Positions 29,188-41,762 of a stretch of 64,000 nt of DNA are shown one piece after another. A program made the position numbers and the translations under genes. Numbering within the stretch: position 1 is the first letter of the stretch; every line of letters starts with the position of its first letter. The stretch comes from Eledone cirrhosa (Eukaryota). Location: the NCBI GenBank assembly GCA_964016885.1, contig OZ024743.1:69068001-69132000 (forward strand). Reading direction: 5' to 3'. The notes under the pieces are model-generated. The model was given only the letters and a program-made list of their open reading frames with translations, was not told the DNA's origin and made no database searches.

Positions 29188-29795
29188 TGGTGGCTGCCAA
29201 CTCGTTTTCGAGTACGGCCACTACTTCATATCCATGTAGGAGAACCCCTACTGATGCGCTGAACGAGTGTGACTTTTAGTCCAGCCAGCGACTTGAAAAC
29301 TCTGGTACAAACACTGCACTTGTGACAATTATTGACACATAGTGCTGGGCCCATGGTACCATGTGACGACAAGTGCAGAGAGATCTCCAGATATAAAGTA
29401 ATGCCTGTGCCATGAAGGTTTTATAGTGAGCAAAGGCACTGCACAAAGCCAGTCTCATTCTATTAACCAAGATGATATTTACCAAAAAGAAGAACAACTC
29501 AACATCATTGGATACCATCAGGGTTGCAGGTGTTATATCAGAGTTTTCCTTCTCCTAGAATTCTGCCTTGACAAAGGCTAAGGGATCATCTCTCCCGGGA
29601 TTTTGGATGGCCATTGACTCTTAAGAGCTCCTTTGCCCTTTGACAGGTTTTGTTTTTAGTCCTGCAGGCTGTCCAAAGTCACCCTCCTCACCAAGAAACC
29701 TTGGTGGGCTTGCCAGTTTAGTCACCAACGACACGACCATGAGACGGGTTGTACTGGGATACATGTTACCAGTAGCACCAACTGGTGACCTGACA
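29188..29795 (-). mobile_element. RTE-derived non-autonomous element, longer copy
   Basis: As for 27409-27908, with an additional 5' segment. Confidence 0.65.
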
Positions 29796-29806
29796 TACGT
29801 ACAAAC

Positions 29807-29884
<78 letters not shown>

Positions 29885-30011
29885 GAGAGAATAGTGAGTG
29901 TGTAACACTCCACTTATCAAATAGGCAGTATATGGTTAGCTCAATGTCGGAGGACAGAGCCGTAATACAATTAACAACAAAGAGCGCTTAGAACATAGGT
30001 ATATCTTTAAT

Positions 30012-30057
30012 TGCTAACAGTGTTTCGTCCACACTAGAAGTGGGACTCTTCAGAGCA
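30012..30057 (-). ncRNA. Hammerhead ribozyme
   Basis: Reverse complement: TGCT-CTGAAGA-GTCC CAC ttcta GTG T GGAC-GAAA-C act G-TT-AGCA. Confidence 0.75.
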
Positions 30058-32184
30058 TAAAGAGTAAATACATAGTATACAAGCATTGACAAAGCCAAAA
30101 CAGAAGAATATATGTGGGGATACCATAAGTTGGGAGGAGTTTAAAGAGTAAAGTAAAAGGAGTAAAATAAGAAAAGAGTAAAATAAAAATAAAAATAAAA
30201 ATAAAAATAAAAATAAAAATAAAAATAAAAATAAAAATAAAAATAAAAATAAAAATAAAATTAAAAATAAAATAAAAATGTTATCTCTCACAGTTGGGCA
30301 GGGTTCCGTTAACATACAGCTACATACAAGTATACGCATAAGCATGAGCACCCGCATGCACCTACACACAAGCACCCGTATGCAACACATACAGTATACA
30401 CTAATACAAATAACATATCATAGACGCATGGGCACAAGTTAAGAGATAGAGATAGATAAAAAATAGATAAGAGGTAGATAAAAAATAGATAAAAAATAGA
30501 TAAAAAATAGATAAAAGATAAAAAATAAAATAAAATAAAATAAAATAAAATAAAATAAAATAAAATAAAGTAAAGTAAAATATACACCAGAAGATAAATA
30601 AAACAATACACCAAAAAAAAATGGAGTAAAATATACACCATAAAGGAAGGTGTGGGTAAAGATAAGACTGGCAAATGCATAAGCTATCACGCTATGTTCA
30701 ACAAGTGATATACGTACAACATATAAAATACACAAAAATATATACAAAAATATATATAAAAAATATATATAAAAGAGACGTATATATAAGGATATATATA
30801 TATATACACATATCAGTCCAAGTAATGCATATTTATAAAAATGTAACCGGGGTAAATAGATGTAATAAGGGTAATCAAGATGGTAATTATTAGGGCATGT
30901 AATAATAATATTATTATATAAATCCTAAGGTGACACTAGTGTTGACTCATGGTGATATATGGAATATATCAGGAGCACACGAACGCCTTAGGTGTTGTAG
31001 TTAGCCGCAGTTCCACAATAGAGTGTTCGAATGAGATTTTTTATGAACAGATGCTATGTCCGCACTAGATTGAGTGGACCATTACAATGCAATGGAAACA
31101 TCATGCGGCTATTGTGGAACTGCGGCTAACTACAACACCTAAGGCGTTCGTGTGCTCCTGATATATTCCATATATCACCATGAGTCAACACTAGTGTCAC
31201 CTTAGGATTTACATAATAATATTATTATTACATGCCCTAATAATTACCATCTTGATTACCCTTATTACATCTTTTTACCCCGGTTACATTTTTATAAATA
31301 TGCATTACTTGGACTGATATGTGTATATATATATATATATATCCTTATATATACGTCTCTTTTATATATATTTTTTATATATATTTTTGTATATATTTTT
31401 GTGTATTTTATATGTTGTACGTATATCACTTGTTGAACATAGCTTGATAGCTTATGCATTTGCCAGTCTTATCTTTACCCACACCTTCCTTTATGGTGTA
31501 TATTTTACTCCATTTTTTTTGGTGTATTGTTTTATTTATCTTCTAGTGTATATTTTACTTTACTTTATTTTATTTTATTTTATTTTATTTTATTTTATTT
31601 TTTATCTTTTATCTATTTTTTATCTATTTTTCATCTATTCCTTATCTATTTTTATCTATTTTTTATCTATTTTTTATCTATTTTTTACCTATTTTTTATC
31701 TATTTTTTATCTATTTTTTATCTATTTTTTATCTATTTTTTATCTATTTTTTATCTATTTTTTATCTATTTTTTATCTATTTTTTATCTACCTCTTATCT
31801 ATTTTTTATCTATCTCTATCTCTTAACTTGTGCCCATCCGTCTATGATATGTTATTTGTATTAGTGTATACTGTATGTGTTGCATACGGGTGCTTGTGTG
31901 TAGGTGCATGCGGGTGCTCATGCTTATGCGTATACTTGTATGTATCTGTATGTTAACGGAACCCTGCCCAACTGTGAGTGATAACATTTTTATTTTTATT
32001 TTTATTTTTATTTTTATTTTTATTTTTATTTTTATTTTTATTTTTATTTTTATTTTTATTTTACTCTTTTCTTATTTTACTCCTTTTACTTTACTCTTTA
32101 AACACCTCCCAACTTATGGTATCCCCACATATATTCTTCTGTTTTGGCTTTGTCAATGCTTGTATACTATGTATTTACTCTTTA

Positions 32185-32230
32185 TGCTCTGAAGAGTCCC
32201 ACTTCTAGTGTGGACGAAACACTGTTAGCA
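32185..32230 (+). ncRNA. Hammerhead ribozyme
   Basis: Same sequence as 30012-30057, on the plus strand. Confidence 0.75.
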
Positions 32231-32270
32231 ATTAAAGATATACCTATGTTCTAAGCGCTCTTTGTTGTTA

Positions 32271-32326
<56 letters not shown>

Positions 32327-32463
32327 CAAAAGGGATTTTCAATTTGTTGGTAAATCTACAAATATAAATGTTTATAACTTTATGCAAAACACTCGACAGC
32401 TTTTCTGGAGTATAATATTCAATGAAATTAAATAAATGGAAACTATATTTATAAAACCATATT

Positions 32464-32526
32464 TATTCTATTATATATATATTTCAAGGTCATTAAAACT
32501 TTGGTACGCTCTCATCAGATAAAATA
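32464..32526 (-). ncRNA. Hammerhead ribozyme with (TA)n stem III
   Basis: Reverse complement: TATTTTAT-CTGATGA-GAG...CTT-GAAA-TATATATA-TA-ATAGAATA. Confidence 0.65.
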
Positions 32527-32756
32527 CAAAGTTTGTTTTATAAATATTGACATAACCAGGAAAGAATAACTCAACGGTCAACTTAACTAGAGAAAATTTA
32601 CCTAGTATTTATAAGAGTCTGTTGAAATCGACTAGACTACTCGCTGACAGGCACCAATCACAAACTTTCTGCCTTGACTATTAGCCACGTGCTGATTCTT
32701 AGCCATTTGAGTTCGTTTCTGGCAGGGATCATGTAATAAAAATTTTTGTCCAATTG

Positions 32757-32846
32757 AGTTATCTCTGATGATTTCCAAACTCGTTCATTTATCAAGGAAC
32801 GGATATATCCCAAAATGGAATGAAACCGTAATATGTATGGTTAACT
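32757..32846 (+). ncRNA. Decayed hammerhead
   Basis: CTGATGA-TTTCCA...TGGAAT-GAAA-CCGTA atatg TATGG-T; 3' strand of stem I apparently deleted. Confidence 0.4.
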
Positions 32847-33933
32847 ATATGTCTAGTAAATTTCTACAGGCTATCAGAAATACTAGGTAAATTTTCTGTA
32901 GCTATGTGTCGCGGATAAAAAGCTAAATCATTTATCTATTGTTTCTGCATAAGTATATTTTAAACTTATAGCCTCGTTTAAAGGATTTTTTGTGTGGTTG
33001 ATTTGTGCTGATTGGGAGAAGAAATACTGTATATATGTTATCTAATGATTCTCGGGGAGAGTAATATCAGGGTCTCATAGATTCAATACTATGTGAGATA
33101 ATTATGTAGGATGGAACCTTTACTGTGAAAATATGGTCGTATATGTGGAGTCGTGGGTTAAGGAAGACCTCTTAGAAACAACCGCACTGCAGGTCAATTT
33201 AAGAATGCCAGCATTTCAGACAGGAATACCAAGATATATATATATAAAAACAATCACCACCTCAGTCAACACTAAGGTCACTGAATCATTTAACCCTATC
33301 CCACGAAAAGCTTGCCTTTATCATTATTAACAGTGACTCTCTTACTACTACACCTGCTTGCCATCTCCTTCTGCTTAACCCACCCCTTCTCCGTCCTCCC
33401 CTTCCTTACCATAGCCCTGGTATTGCTACCAAACCTATCCTCTGTCGTTCTCTTTCTTCTACTTCGTCGTCTTCTTCTCCTTCGCCTACTTCTTCTTCTC
33501 TCCCTCCTCACTTCTTACCTTCTTCCTATCCTTCCCCATATCACCCCACTACTACAACTACAGTCGAAGCCAACAACTTAAACTACTACGACTACTGTTG
33601 GTCAATACTAACAGAGAACGAAAGAAAACTACGCACAAACATGTAAATATTACTCCCCAAATATGCATGAAAAAACTAAAAGATTTTTTTTCTCCATTTT
33701 ATTATTATTATTATTATTAATATGCAATTTAACTGCACTATACACTTCCGACGTTGAAAAAGCATATAAAGCTGAAACCGGTACACAATTAAATGCGGAA
33801 ATCACTACTTTGTAAATAAATATGTTAATGTTATAGTGAAAAAATACCTCTAGCATATCCTACTGTGTTTTTTTCCTTTTTACTATTTGTTAGTATATAT
33901 ATATATATATATATATATATAGGAACCAGTAAG

Positions 33934-34027
33934 ACCCCGACAGCTGAGCTCAAGCCGTTTCGACGGCTAATTCTGGACTAAATGAACATTTATCCTGGTA
34001 TTAAAATAGCCGATCTTCTCAAGGGGT
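33934..34027 (-). ncRNA. Hammerhead ribozyme U3-A8 variant, inverted copy
   Basis: Reverse complement of 38232-38325. Confidence 0.8.
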
Positions 34028-35125
34028 AATTCCATATATGGTCAAAGTGATTGTCAAAAATCAGTAGTAATTCTGTGGTTGCAAATTAGTAGGGGAGATG
34101 GTGGCTAAACCTGCCAGTAGGAGAAAGAGGGGAGGGGGTGGAGTAGACCCAATCAAGCGTTGGTAGTGCCAGCTACAGCTGGGCATGAGGTCAAAGAAGA
34201 TACAGGGGAGGGGGAGGGGGAGGAAGTCGGAACGGTAGGTAGAACAATGGGGGGTAAAAATAGGAAAGAAAAAATACTGAGAGTGAAGAAAAGCAAATAA
34301 GTGTAAAGAAAAAATTAAATTCTACGACCTAGGTGTCAGGCTATTGTTAGGCGAGAATAAAATAAAGAAAGAAAGAAAGAAGTAAATAAATAAATAAATA
34401 AATAAATAAGGAAATAAGTAAAAGAACTAGGTGGGACGAATTAGGCAAGGACCCTTTTAAGAGGTATAAGTACGTAAATGATACGGTGACTGGTCAACAA
34501 AAGGGGCCAAAATACTAAAGAGACTACCACGAAATAAACAATAAAGGTTTCCATCCCGGGCCAGCAACGACCCAGTGCAGCAAAGTGAACTTGTACGACA
34601 TAATAATTCTGAGTCCCGGGAAAAATATATACTAATGCTAACTCTAAAAGATCTAAAACAAGCTACATGAAAGTTCGTACGAAATAAAGGTAGAATACGG
34701 GGAAATAAGTTCAGAATCCACCCCGCCCAGAAGAAAAGCGAAGCAAGAAATACTGAAACGAAAAAATAAGGCATAAGTGCCACTAAGAAATATAGAGGGC
34801 ACAGAGAATAGTGGGAGCGGTCGGAAAAGGGGGGCAAGTATCCGGGGTCTAAGCCAACTGCTATAAAGGGCGGAGTCCGCCAAATCTATCAAAGACTAGG
34901 GGAGGGGGGAGTGGGGGTACTAAGGCTACATGGGGCCAAAGGGCAGCCTCGGGTGGGCGAGAAAAGACGCCGACAAAGGAGAAGAGCTGGGGTAGAAGGA
35001 CAAAGGAGAGAGGGGGGAAGGTAATAAAGGATGCGATAAAAGAATACAAAGAAGATCTTACGTCTTCCTTGGCAAGCAGGGGTTACCCATTGCAAAATCG
35101 GCAACTGGGGTGTTATAGCCCTAGT

Positions 35126-35879
35126 CTACCCCCCCGGGTCATTATGGGGTTTGAGGGCGAGGTAAGTCCTACGCAATCTATGTTTACATGCAGTAACCAG
35201 TTCATCTTTCTTGTTTAGGAGTTGGTCCGTCGAAAACAGCATTTGTAAAGTTTCCTCCGAGCATAAATTGCACGGACGGCGTCCTCCCGTGTAAGAATTG
35301 GCTCTGGACAGTAATCTCCAAGTGAGATCATAGGTGATGTTGTTGTCCTTGAGGTCCCATATGTGGCCCGAAAGTGTAGTGGCGTGACGCCGGGCCGGGT
35401 TTCGGAAGGTATGTCTATGTTGGTATAGCCGGGTCTTGAAGTCACATGCGGTAAGTCCTATATAGGCTTTGTTGGAGGTATCCGTCCTCACGTTGCACTG
35501 GTAGATCACATTACGGTCTCTGCATCTATTGTCGAGTGGGCAAATAGATCTATCCGGGCAGTTACACCTCCTGGTCGGTTCTCCACTGCTATTTAGGTTA
35601 TTTCTGCCATCGGGGTTGAGTTTTTTGTTGTTAGAGGAGACGATGTTTTGTGCGAAGTTTGGTGTAGTGCTGTAAGAGAGTTTGATGGTATTTTTGTTAA
35701 TTATGTTGTGGTAGCGGTGTTGTAATGGGAAGTGTTTTTCAATGAGCCTAAAGAATAGTTTCCCGATGGGAGTAGTCACCTCTGCGTTGTGGGGAGGATT
35801 GAACCATGTTACATTGCGTGAGCGGCGGTGTCTCCTGCTGGTTCCGCTAATGGGATCTGGACAGTAGGATATTTCCTCC
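35126..35879 (-). pseudogene. Inverted 3' part of the PLE ORF (linker + GIY-YIG)
   Basis: Reverse-complement copy from EEISYC... to the stop codon; carries the full-copy alleles (I, Q). Confidence 0.9.
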
Positions 35880-37133
35880 TCTAAATGGATAAAAAGAGCT
35901 CCCGACTCACCCTTCGACGTCAGCATGGGCGCCACGGATTCGGCGGAGGTCACTGATCTTATAGGATTATTCCTAATAGCCAAACTCACTGATATGTTTC
36001 CTGCATTCGGTGGTGGATTGTACCGTGATGATGGGCTCCTTACCCTTAAAGGGTACAACCCCAGTAGTACAGATCGGGTCCGGAAACAATTAATCAGATT
36101 CTTCCGCGACTGGGGATTTAAAATAACCCTACAAACGTCCCTGACCCGAGTAAACTTCCTGGACGTAACCCTCGACCTCGAAAACGACCTGTACTACCCA
36201 TACAGAAACCCTAATGACAATCTGCACTACATCCACCGCCGATCAAACCATCCTAGGAACATCACAAACAACCTGGTCAAAAACATCTCCCTCCGCATAT
36301 CCCGTTTGTCAGCTAATGAGCGGATATTCGATGAACATGCGCCTTATTACAACCAGGCCCTCAAGCGGAGTGGTTTCCGGGAGGAAATATCCTACTGTCC
36401 AGATCCCATTAGCGGAACCAGCAGGAGACACCGCCGCTCACGCAATGTAACATGGTTCAATCCTCCCCACAACGCAGAGGTGACTACTCCCATCGGGAAA
36501 CTATTCTTTAGGCTCTTTGAAAAACACTTCCCATTACAACACCGCTACCACAACATAATTAACAAAAATACCATCAAACTCTCTTACAGCACTACACCAA
36601 ACTTCGCACAAAACATCGTCTCCTCTAACAACAAAAAACTCAACCCCGATGGCAGAAATAACCTAAATAGCAGTGGAGAACCGACCAGGAGGTGTAACTG
36701 CCCGGATAGATCTATTTGCCCACTCGACAATAGATGCAGAGACCGTAATGTGATCTACCAGTGCAACGTGAGGACGGATACCTCCAACAAAGCCTATATA
36801 GGACTTACCGCATGTGACTTCAAGACCCGGCTATACCTACATAGACATACCTTCCGAAACCCGGCCCGGCGTCACGCCACTACACTTTCGGGCCACATAT
36901 GGGACCTCAAGGACAACAACATCACCTATGATCTCACTTGGAGATTACTGTCCAGAGCCAATTCTTACACGGGAGGACGCCGTCCGTGCAATTTATGCTC
37001 GGAGGAAACTTTACAAATGCTGTTTTCGACGGACCAACTCCTAAACAAGAAAGATGAACTGGTTACTGCATGTAAACATAGATTGCGTAGGACTTACCTC
37101 GCCCTCAAACCCCATAATGACCCGGGGGGGTAG
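35879..37133 (+). pseudogene. 5'-truncated tandem copy of the PLE ORF
   Basis: Matches 39410-40664 except for about 3 amino-acid changes (K>N, I>F, Q>L). Confidence 0.9.
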
Positions 37134-38231
37134 ACTAGGGCTATAACACCCCAGTTGCCGATTTTGCAATGGGTAACCCCTGCTTGCCAAGGAAGACGTA
37201 AGATCTTCTTTGTATTCTTTTATCGCATCCTTTATTACCTTCCCCCCTCTCTCCTTTGTCCTTCTACCCCAGCTCTTCTCCTTTGTCGGCGTCTTTTCTC
37301 GCCCACCCGAGGCTGCCCTTTGGCCCCATGTAGCCTTAGTACCCCCACTCCCCCCTCCCCTAGTCTTTGATAGATTTGGCGGACTCCGCCCTTTATAGCA
37401 GTTGGCTTAGACCCCGGATACTTGCCCCCCTTTTCCGACCGCTCCCACTATTCTCTGTGCCCTCTATATTTCTTAGTGGCACTTATGCCTTATTTTTTCG
37501 TTTCAGTATTTCTTGCTTCGCTTTTCTTCTGGGCGGGGTGGATTCTGAACTTATTTCCCCGTATTCTACCTTTATTTCGTACGAACTTTCATGTAGCTTG
37601 TTTTAGATCTTTTAGAGTTAGCATTAGTATATATTTTTCCCGGGACTCAGAATTATTATGTCGTACAAGTTCACTTTGCTGCACTGGGTCGTTGCTGGCC
37701 CGGGATGGAAACCTTTATTGTTTATTTCGTGGTAGTCTCTTTAGTATTTTGGCCCCTTTTGTTGACCAGTCACCGTATCATTTACGTACTTATACCTCTT
37801 AAAAGGGTCCTTGCCTAATTCGTCCCACCTAGTTCTTTTACTTATTTCCTTATTTATTTATTTATTTATTTATTTACTTCTTTCTTTCTTTCTTTATTTT
37901 ATTCTCGCCTAACAATAGCCTGACACCTAGGTCGTAGAATTTAATTTTTTCTTTACACTTATTTGCTTTTCTTCACTCTCAGTATTTTTTCTTTCCTATT
38001 TTTACCCCCCATTGTTCTACCTACCGTTCCGACTTCCTCCCCCTCCCCCTCCCCTGTATCTTCTTTGACCTCATGCCCAGCTGTAGCTGGCACTACCAAC
38101 GCTTGATTGGGTCTACTCCACCCCCTCCCCTCTTTCTCCTACTGGCAGGTTTAGCCACCATCTCCCCTACTAATTTGCAACCACAGAATTACTACTGATT
38201 TTTGACAATCACTTTGACCATATATGGAATT

Positions 38232-38325
38232 ACCCCTTGAGAAGATCGGCTATTTTAATACCAGGATAAATGTTCATTTAGTCCAGAATTAGCCGTCGAA
38301 ACGGCTTGAGCTCAGCTGTCGGGGT
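38232..38325 (+). ncRNA. Type I hammerhead ribozyme, U3-A8 core variant (PLE terminal repeat)
   Basis: Stem I ACCCC/GGGGT; core TTGAGAA; stem II GA(T)CGGCTA/TAGCCGTC; GAAA; stem III CGGCT/AGCTG with palindromic TGAGCTCA; GUC site, cut predicted after 38320. Confidence 0.8.
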
Positions 38326-38363
38326 CTTACTGGTTCCTATTACCCACTCTACTACCTCAAGTA

Positions 38364-40664
38364 TTGAGTACTTTGGTGCGTTATGGTCCACCTGGTTCCT
38401 TACCACATTTCCTTCGTTATCTAGCTCCTACTCCCGTAGTAGAGCACTTTCCGACCCTACCACGCCGTATCCAGACTTTTCCGCTAAGCTCAATTCATTT
38501 CACCCGCACCATGCGAAAACACAACATTGACTTCTCTACCAAGAACATCCCAATCCCACCGAAAAAACTTTACCTTCGGATGCTCACGCAAAAAATTGAT
38601 CTATTTGCGAAAAGACTTAGATGGAGAACTTTTTTCTATGACAGATATTGCGACAACCAAGACTTCGGCACCAAGGAGAGATTCGGATTTATTACCTACA
38701 AATCTCCGCCCCTGAACCCCTTGCTCGCACCCTTCGAGAATGACCTCTTCCAACTGGTCAAGAATATTAAATTTAAACCCAGACACAACCGATTCCTACA
38801 AAAACTCCGTAGCAACTTAACAGAGTATGATAACACAAATGACATCATGGTGCATTCGGATAAAACTGGGAACCTATACTTTGTCAACCCTGACAGATAC
38901 CACACACTGATCAGGAGCAGCCTAAACTCCACCTATAAAAAGGCCAACCACTCTTGCATCGAGGACATAAATCGAGATGGACAACAAATCACCTCCAGCC
39001 TCGGGGTCGCCGACCGCACGGAACCTCTAGACCCACGGACACCATACTTCACACTGAAGGACCATAAATCCGATTTTGACCGTAAACCCTCCATCAGGCT
39101 TATTAACCCAACGAAGTCCGACATAGGGAGAATCAGCAAAAAAATCCTAGACCGCGTGATACCAAAAGTCAAGCAACACACCCGACTTAGCCTATGGATC
39201 AACACCCAGGAAGTAATCTCCTGGTTCAGCAATATGGAGGATAAACGAGAAACTAAATTCATACAGTTCGACATAGAGAGCTACTATGCTTCAATCACCT
39301 TACCGCTACTTACTGCCGCCTTGGACTTCGCCGAAACACTCGTGCCCATCACCGACCAGGAAAGAAAAATCATCCTCCACGCCAGGAAGACAGTCTTACT
39401 CTTTGACGACTCTAAATGGATAAAAAGAGCTCCCGACTCACCCTTCGACGTCAGCATGGGCGCCACGGATTCGGCGGAGGTCACTGATCTTATAGGATTA
39501 TTCCTAATAGCCAAACTCACTGATATGTTTCCTGCATTCGGTGGTGGATTGTACCGTGATGATGGGCTCCTTACCCTTAAAGGGTACAACCCCAGTAGTA
39601 CAGATCGGGTCCGGAAACAATTAATCAGATTCTTCCGCGACTGGGGATTTAAAATAACCCTACAAACGTCCCTGACCCGAGTAAACTTCCTGGACGTAAC
39701 CCTCGACCTCGAAAACGACCTGTACTACCCATACAGGAAACCTAATGACAATCTGCACTACATCCACCGCCGATCAAACCATCCTAGGAACATCACAAAC
39801 AACCTGGTCAAAAACATCTCCCTCCGCATATCCCGTTTGTCAGCTAATGAGCGGATATTCGATGAACATGCGCCTTATTACAACCAGGCCCTCAAGCGGA
39901 GTGGTTTCCGGGAGGAAATATCCTACTGTCCAGATCCCATTAGCGGAACCAGCAGGAGACACCGCCGCTCACGCAATGTAACATGGTTCAATCCTCCCCA
40001 CAACGCAGAGGTGACTACTCCCATCGGGAAACTATTCTTTAGGCTCATTGAAAAACACTTCCCATTACAACACCGCTACCACAACATAATTAACAAAAAT
40101 ACCATCAAACTCTCTTACAGCACTACACCAAACTTCGCACAAAACATCGTCTCCTCTAACAACAAAAAACTCAACCCCGATGGCAGAAATAACCTAAATA
40201 GCAGTGGAGAACCGACCAGGAGGTGTAACTGCCCGGATAGATCTATTTGCCCACTCGACAATAGATGCAGAGACCGTAATGTGATCTACCAGTGCAACGT
40301 GAGGACGGATACCTCCAACAAAGCCTATATAGGACTTACCGCATGTGACTTCAAGACCCGGCTATACCAACATAGACATACCTTCCGAAACCCGGCCCGG
40401 CGTCACGCCACTACACTTTCGGGCCACATATGGGACCTCAAGGACAACAACATCACCTATGATCTCACTTGGAGATTACTGTCCAGAGCCAATTCTTACA
40501 CGGGAGGACGCCGTCCGTGCAATTTATGCTCGGAGGAAACTTTACAAATGCTGTTTTCGACGGACCAACTCCTAAACAAGAAAGATGAACTGGTTACTGC
40601 ATGTAAACATAGATTGCGTAGGACTTACCTCGCCCTCAAACCCCATAATGACCCGGGGGGGTAG
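38364..40664 (+). CDS. PLE polyprotein: reverse transcriptase + C-terminal GIY-YIG endonuclease (first ATG at 38511)
   Basis: Uninterrupted 766-codon frame. RT motifs QFDIESYY, MGA, GGLYRDDGL, VNFLDV. Linker CNCPDRSICP (CxCx5C). GIY-YIG motifs NVIYQC...YIGLT..FKTRLYQH and LLNKKDE. Confidence 0.95.
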   Translation: MSTLVRYGPPGSLPHFLRYLAPTPVVEHFPTLPRRIQTFPLSSIHFTRTMRKHNIDFSTKNIPIPPKKLYLRMLTQKIDLFAKRLRWRTFFYDRYCDNQDFGTKERFGFITYKSPPLNPLLAPFENDLFQLVKNIKFKPRHNRFLQKLRSNLTEYDNTNDIMVHSDKTGNLYFVNPDRYHTLIRSSLNSTYKKANHSCIEDINRDGQQITSSLGVADRTEPLDPRTPYFTLKDHKSDFDRKPSIRLINPTKSDIGRISKKILDRVIPKVKQHTRLSLWINTQEVISWFSNMEDKRETKFIQFDIESYYASITLPLLTAALDFAETLVPITDQERKIILHARKTVLLFDDSKWIKRAPDSPFDVSMGATDSAEVTDLIGLFLIAKLTDMFPAFGGGLYRDDGLLTLKGYNPSSTDRVRKQLIRFFRDWGFKITLQTSLTRVNFLDVTLDLENDLYYPYRKPNDNLHYIHRRSNHPRNITNNLVKNISLRISRLSANERIFDEHAPYYNQALKRSGFREEISYCPDPISGTSRRHRRSRNVTWFNPPHNAEVTTPIGKLFFRLIEKHFPLQHRYHNIINKNTIKLSYSTTPNFAQNIVSSNNKKLNPDGRNNLNSSGEPTRRCNCPDRSICPLDNRCRDRNVIYQCNVRTDTSNKAYIGLTACDFKTRLYQHRHTFRNPARRHATTLSGHIWDLKDNNITYDLTWRLLSRANSYTGGRRPCNLCSEETLQMLFSTDQLLNKKDELVTACKHRLRRTYLALKPHNDPGG

Positions 40665-41762
40665 ACTAGGGCTATAACACCCCAGTTGCCGATTTTGCAA
40701 TGGGTAACCCCTGCTTGCCAAGGAAGACGTAAGATCTTCTTTGTATTCTTTTATCGCATCCTTTATTACCTTCCCCCCTCTCTCCTTTGTCCTTCTACCC
40801 CAGCTCTTCTCCTTTGTCGGCGTCTTTTCTCGCCCACCCGAGGCTGCCCTTTGGCCCCATGTAGCCTTAGTACCCCCACTCCCCCCTCCCCTAGTCTTTG
40901 ATAGATTTGGCGGACTCCGCCCTTTATAGCAGTTGGCTTAGACCCCGGATACTTGCCCCCCTTTTCCGACCGCTCCCACTATTCTCTGTGCCCTCTATAT
41001 TTCTTAGTGGCACTTATGCCTTATTTTTTCGTTTCAGTATTTCTTGCTTCGCTTTTCTTCTGGGCGGGGTGGATTCTGAACTTATTTCCCCGTATTCTAC
41101 CTTTATTTCGTACGAACTTTCATGTAGCTTGTTTTAGATCTTTTAGAGTTAGCATTAGTATATATTTTTCCCGGGACTCAGAATTATTATGTCGTACAAG
41201 TTCACTTTGCTGCACTGGGTCGTTGCTGGCCCGGGATGGAAACCTTTATTGTTTATTTCGTGGTAGTCTCTTTAGTATTTTGGCCCCTTTTGTTGACCAG
41301 TCACCGTATCATTTACGTACTTATACCTCTTAAAAGGGTCCTTGCCTAATTCGTCCCACCTAGTTCTTTTACTTATTTCCTTATTTATTTATTTATTTAT
41401 TTATTTACTTCTTTCTTTCTTTCTTTATTTTATTCTCGCCTAACAATAGCCTGACACCTAGGTCGTAGAATTTAATTTTTTCTTTACACTTATTTGCTTT
41501 TCTTCACTCTCAGTATTTTTTCTTTCCTATTTTTACCCCCCATTGTTCTACCTACCGTTCCGACTTCCTCCCCCTCCCCCTCCCCTGTATCTTCTTTGAC
41601 CTCATGCCCAGCTGTAGCTGGCACTACCAACGCTTGATTGGGTCTACTCCACCCCCTCCCCTCTTTCTCCTACTGGCAGGTTTAGCCACCATCTCCCCTA
41701 CTAATTTGCAACCACAGAATTACTACTGATTTTTGACAATCACTTTGACCATATATGGAATT

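Larger units (their letters stand above)
29881..32277. mobile_element. 2.3-kb fold-back (PLE-type terminal repeat) with an HHR in each arm
   Basis: Arms 29965-31021 and 31109-32277, 87-bp spacer, left-only tail 29881-29964, (TA)n flanks. Confidence 0.85.

Noticed and set aside
35126-36058. 310-aa minus-strand ORF
   Set aside because: Chimera across the inversion junction at 35879: antisense RT sequence fused to the inverted GIY-YIG part.
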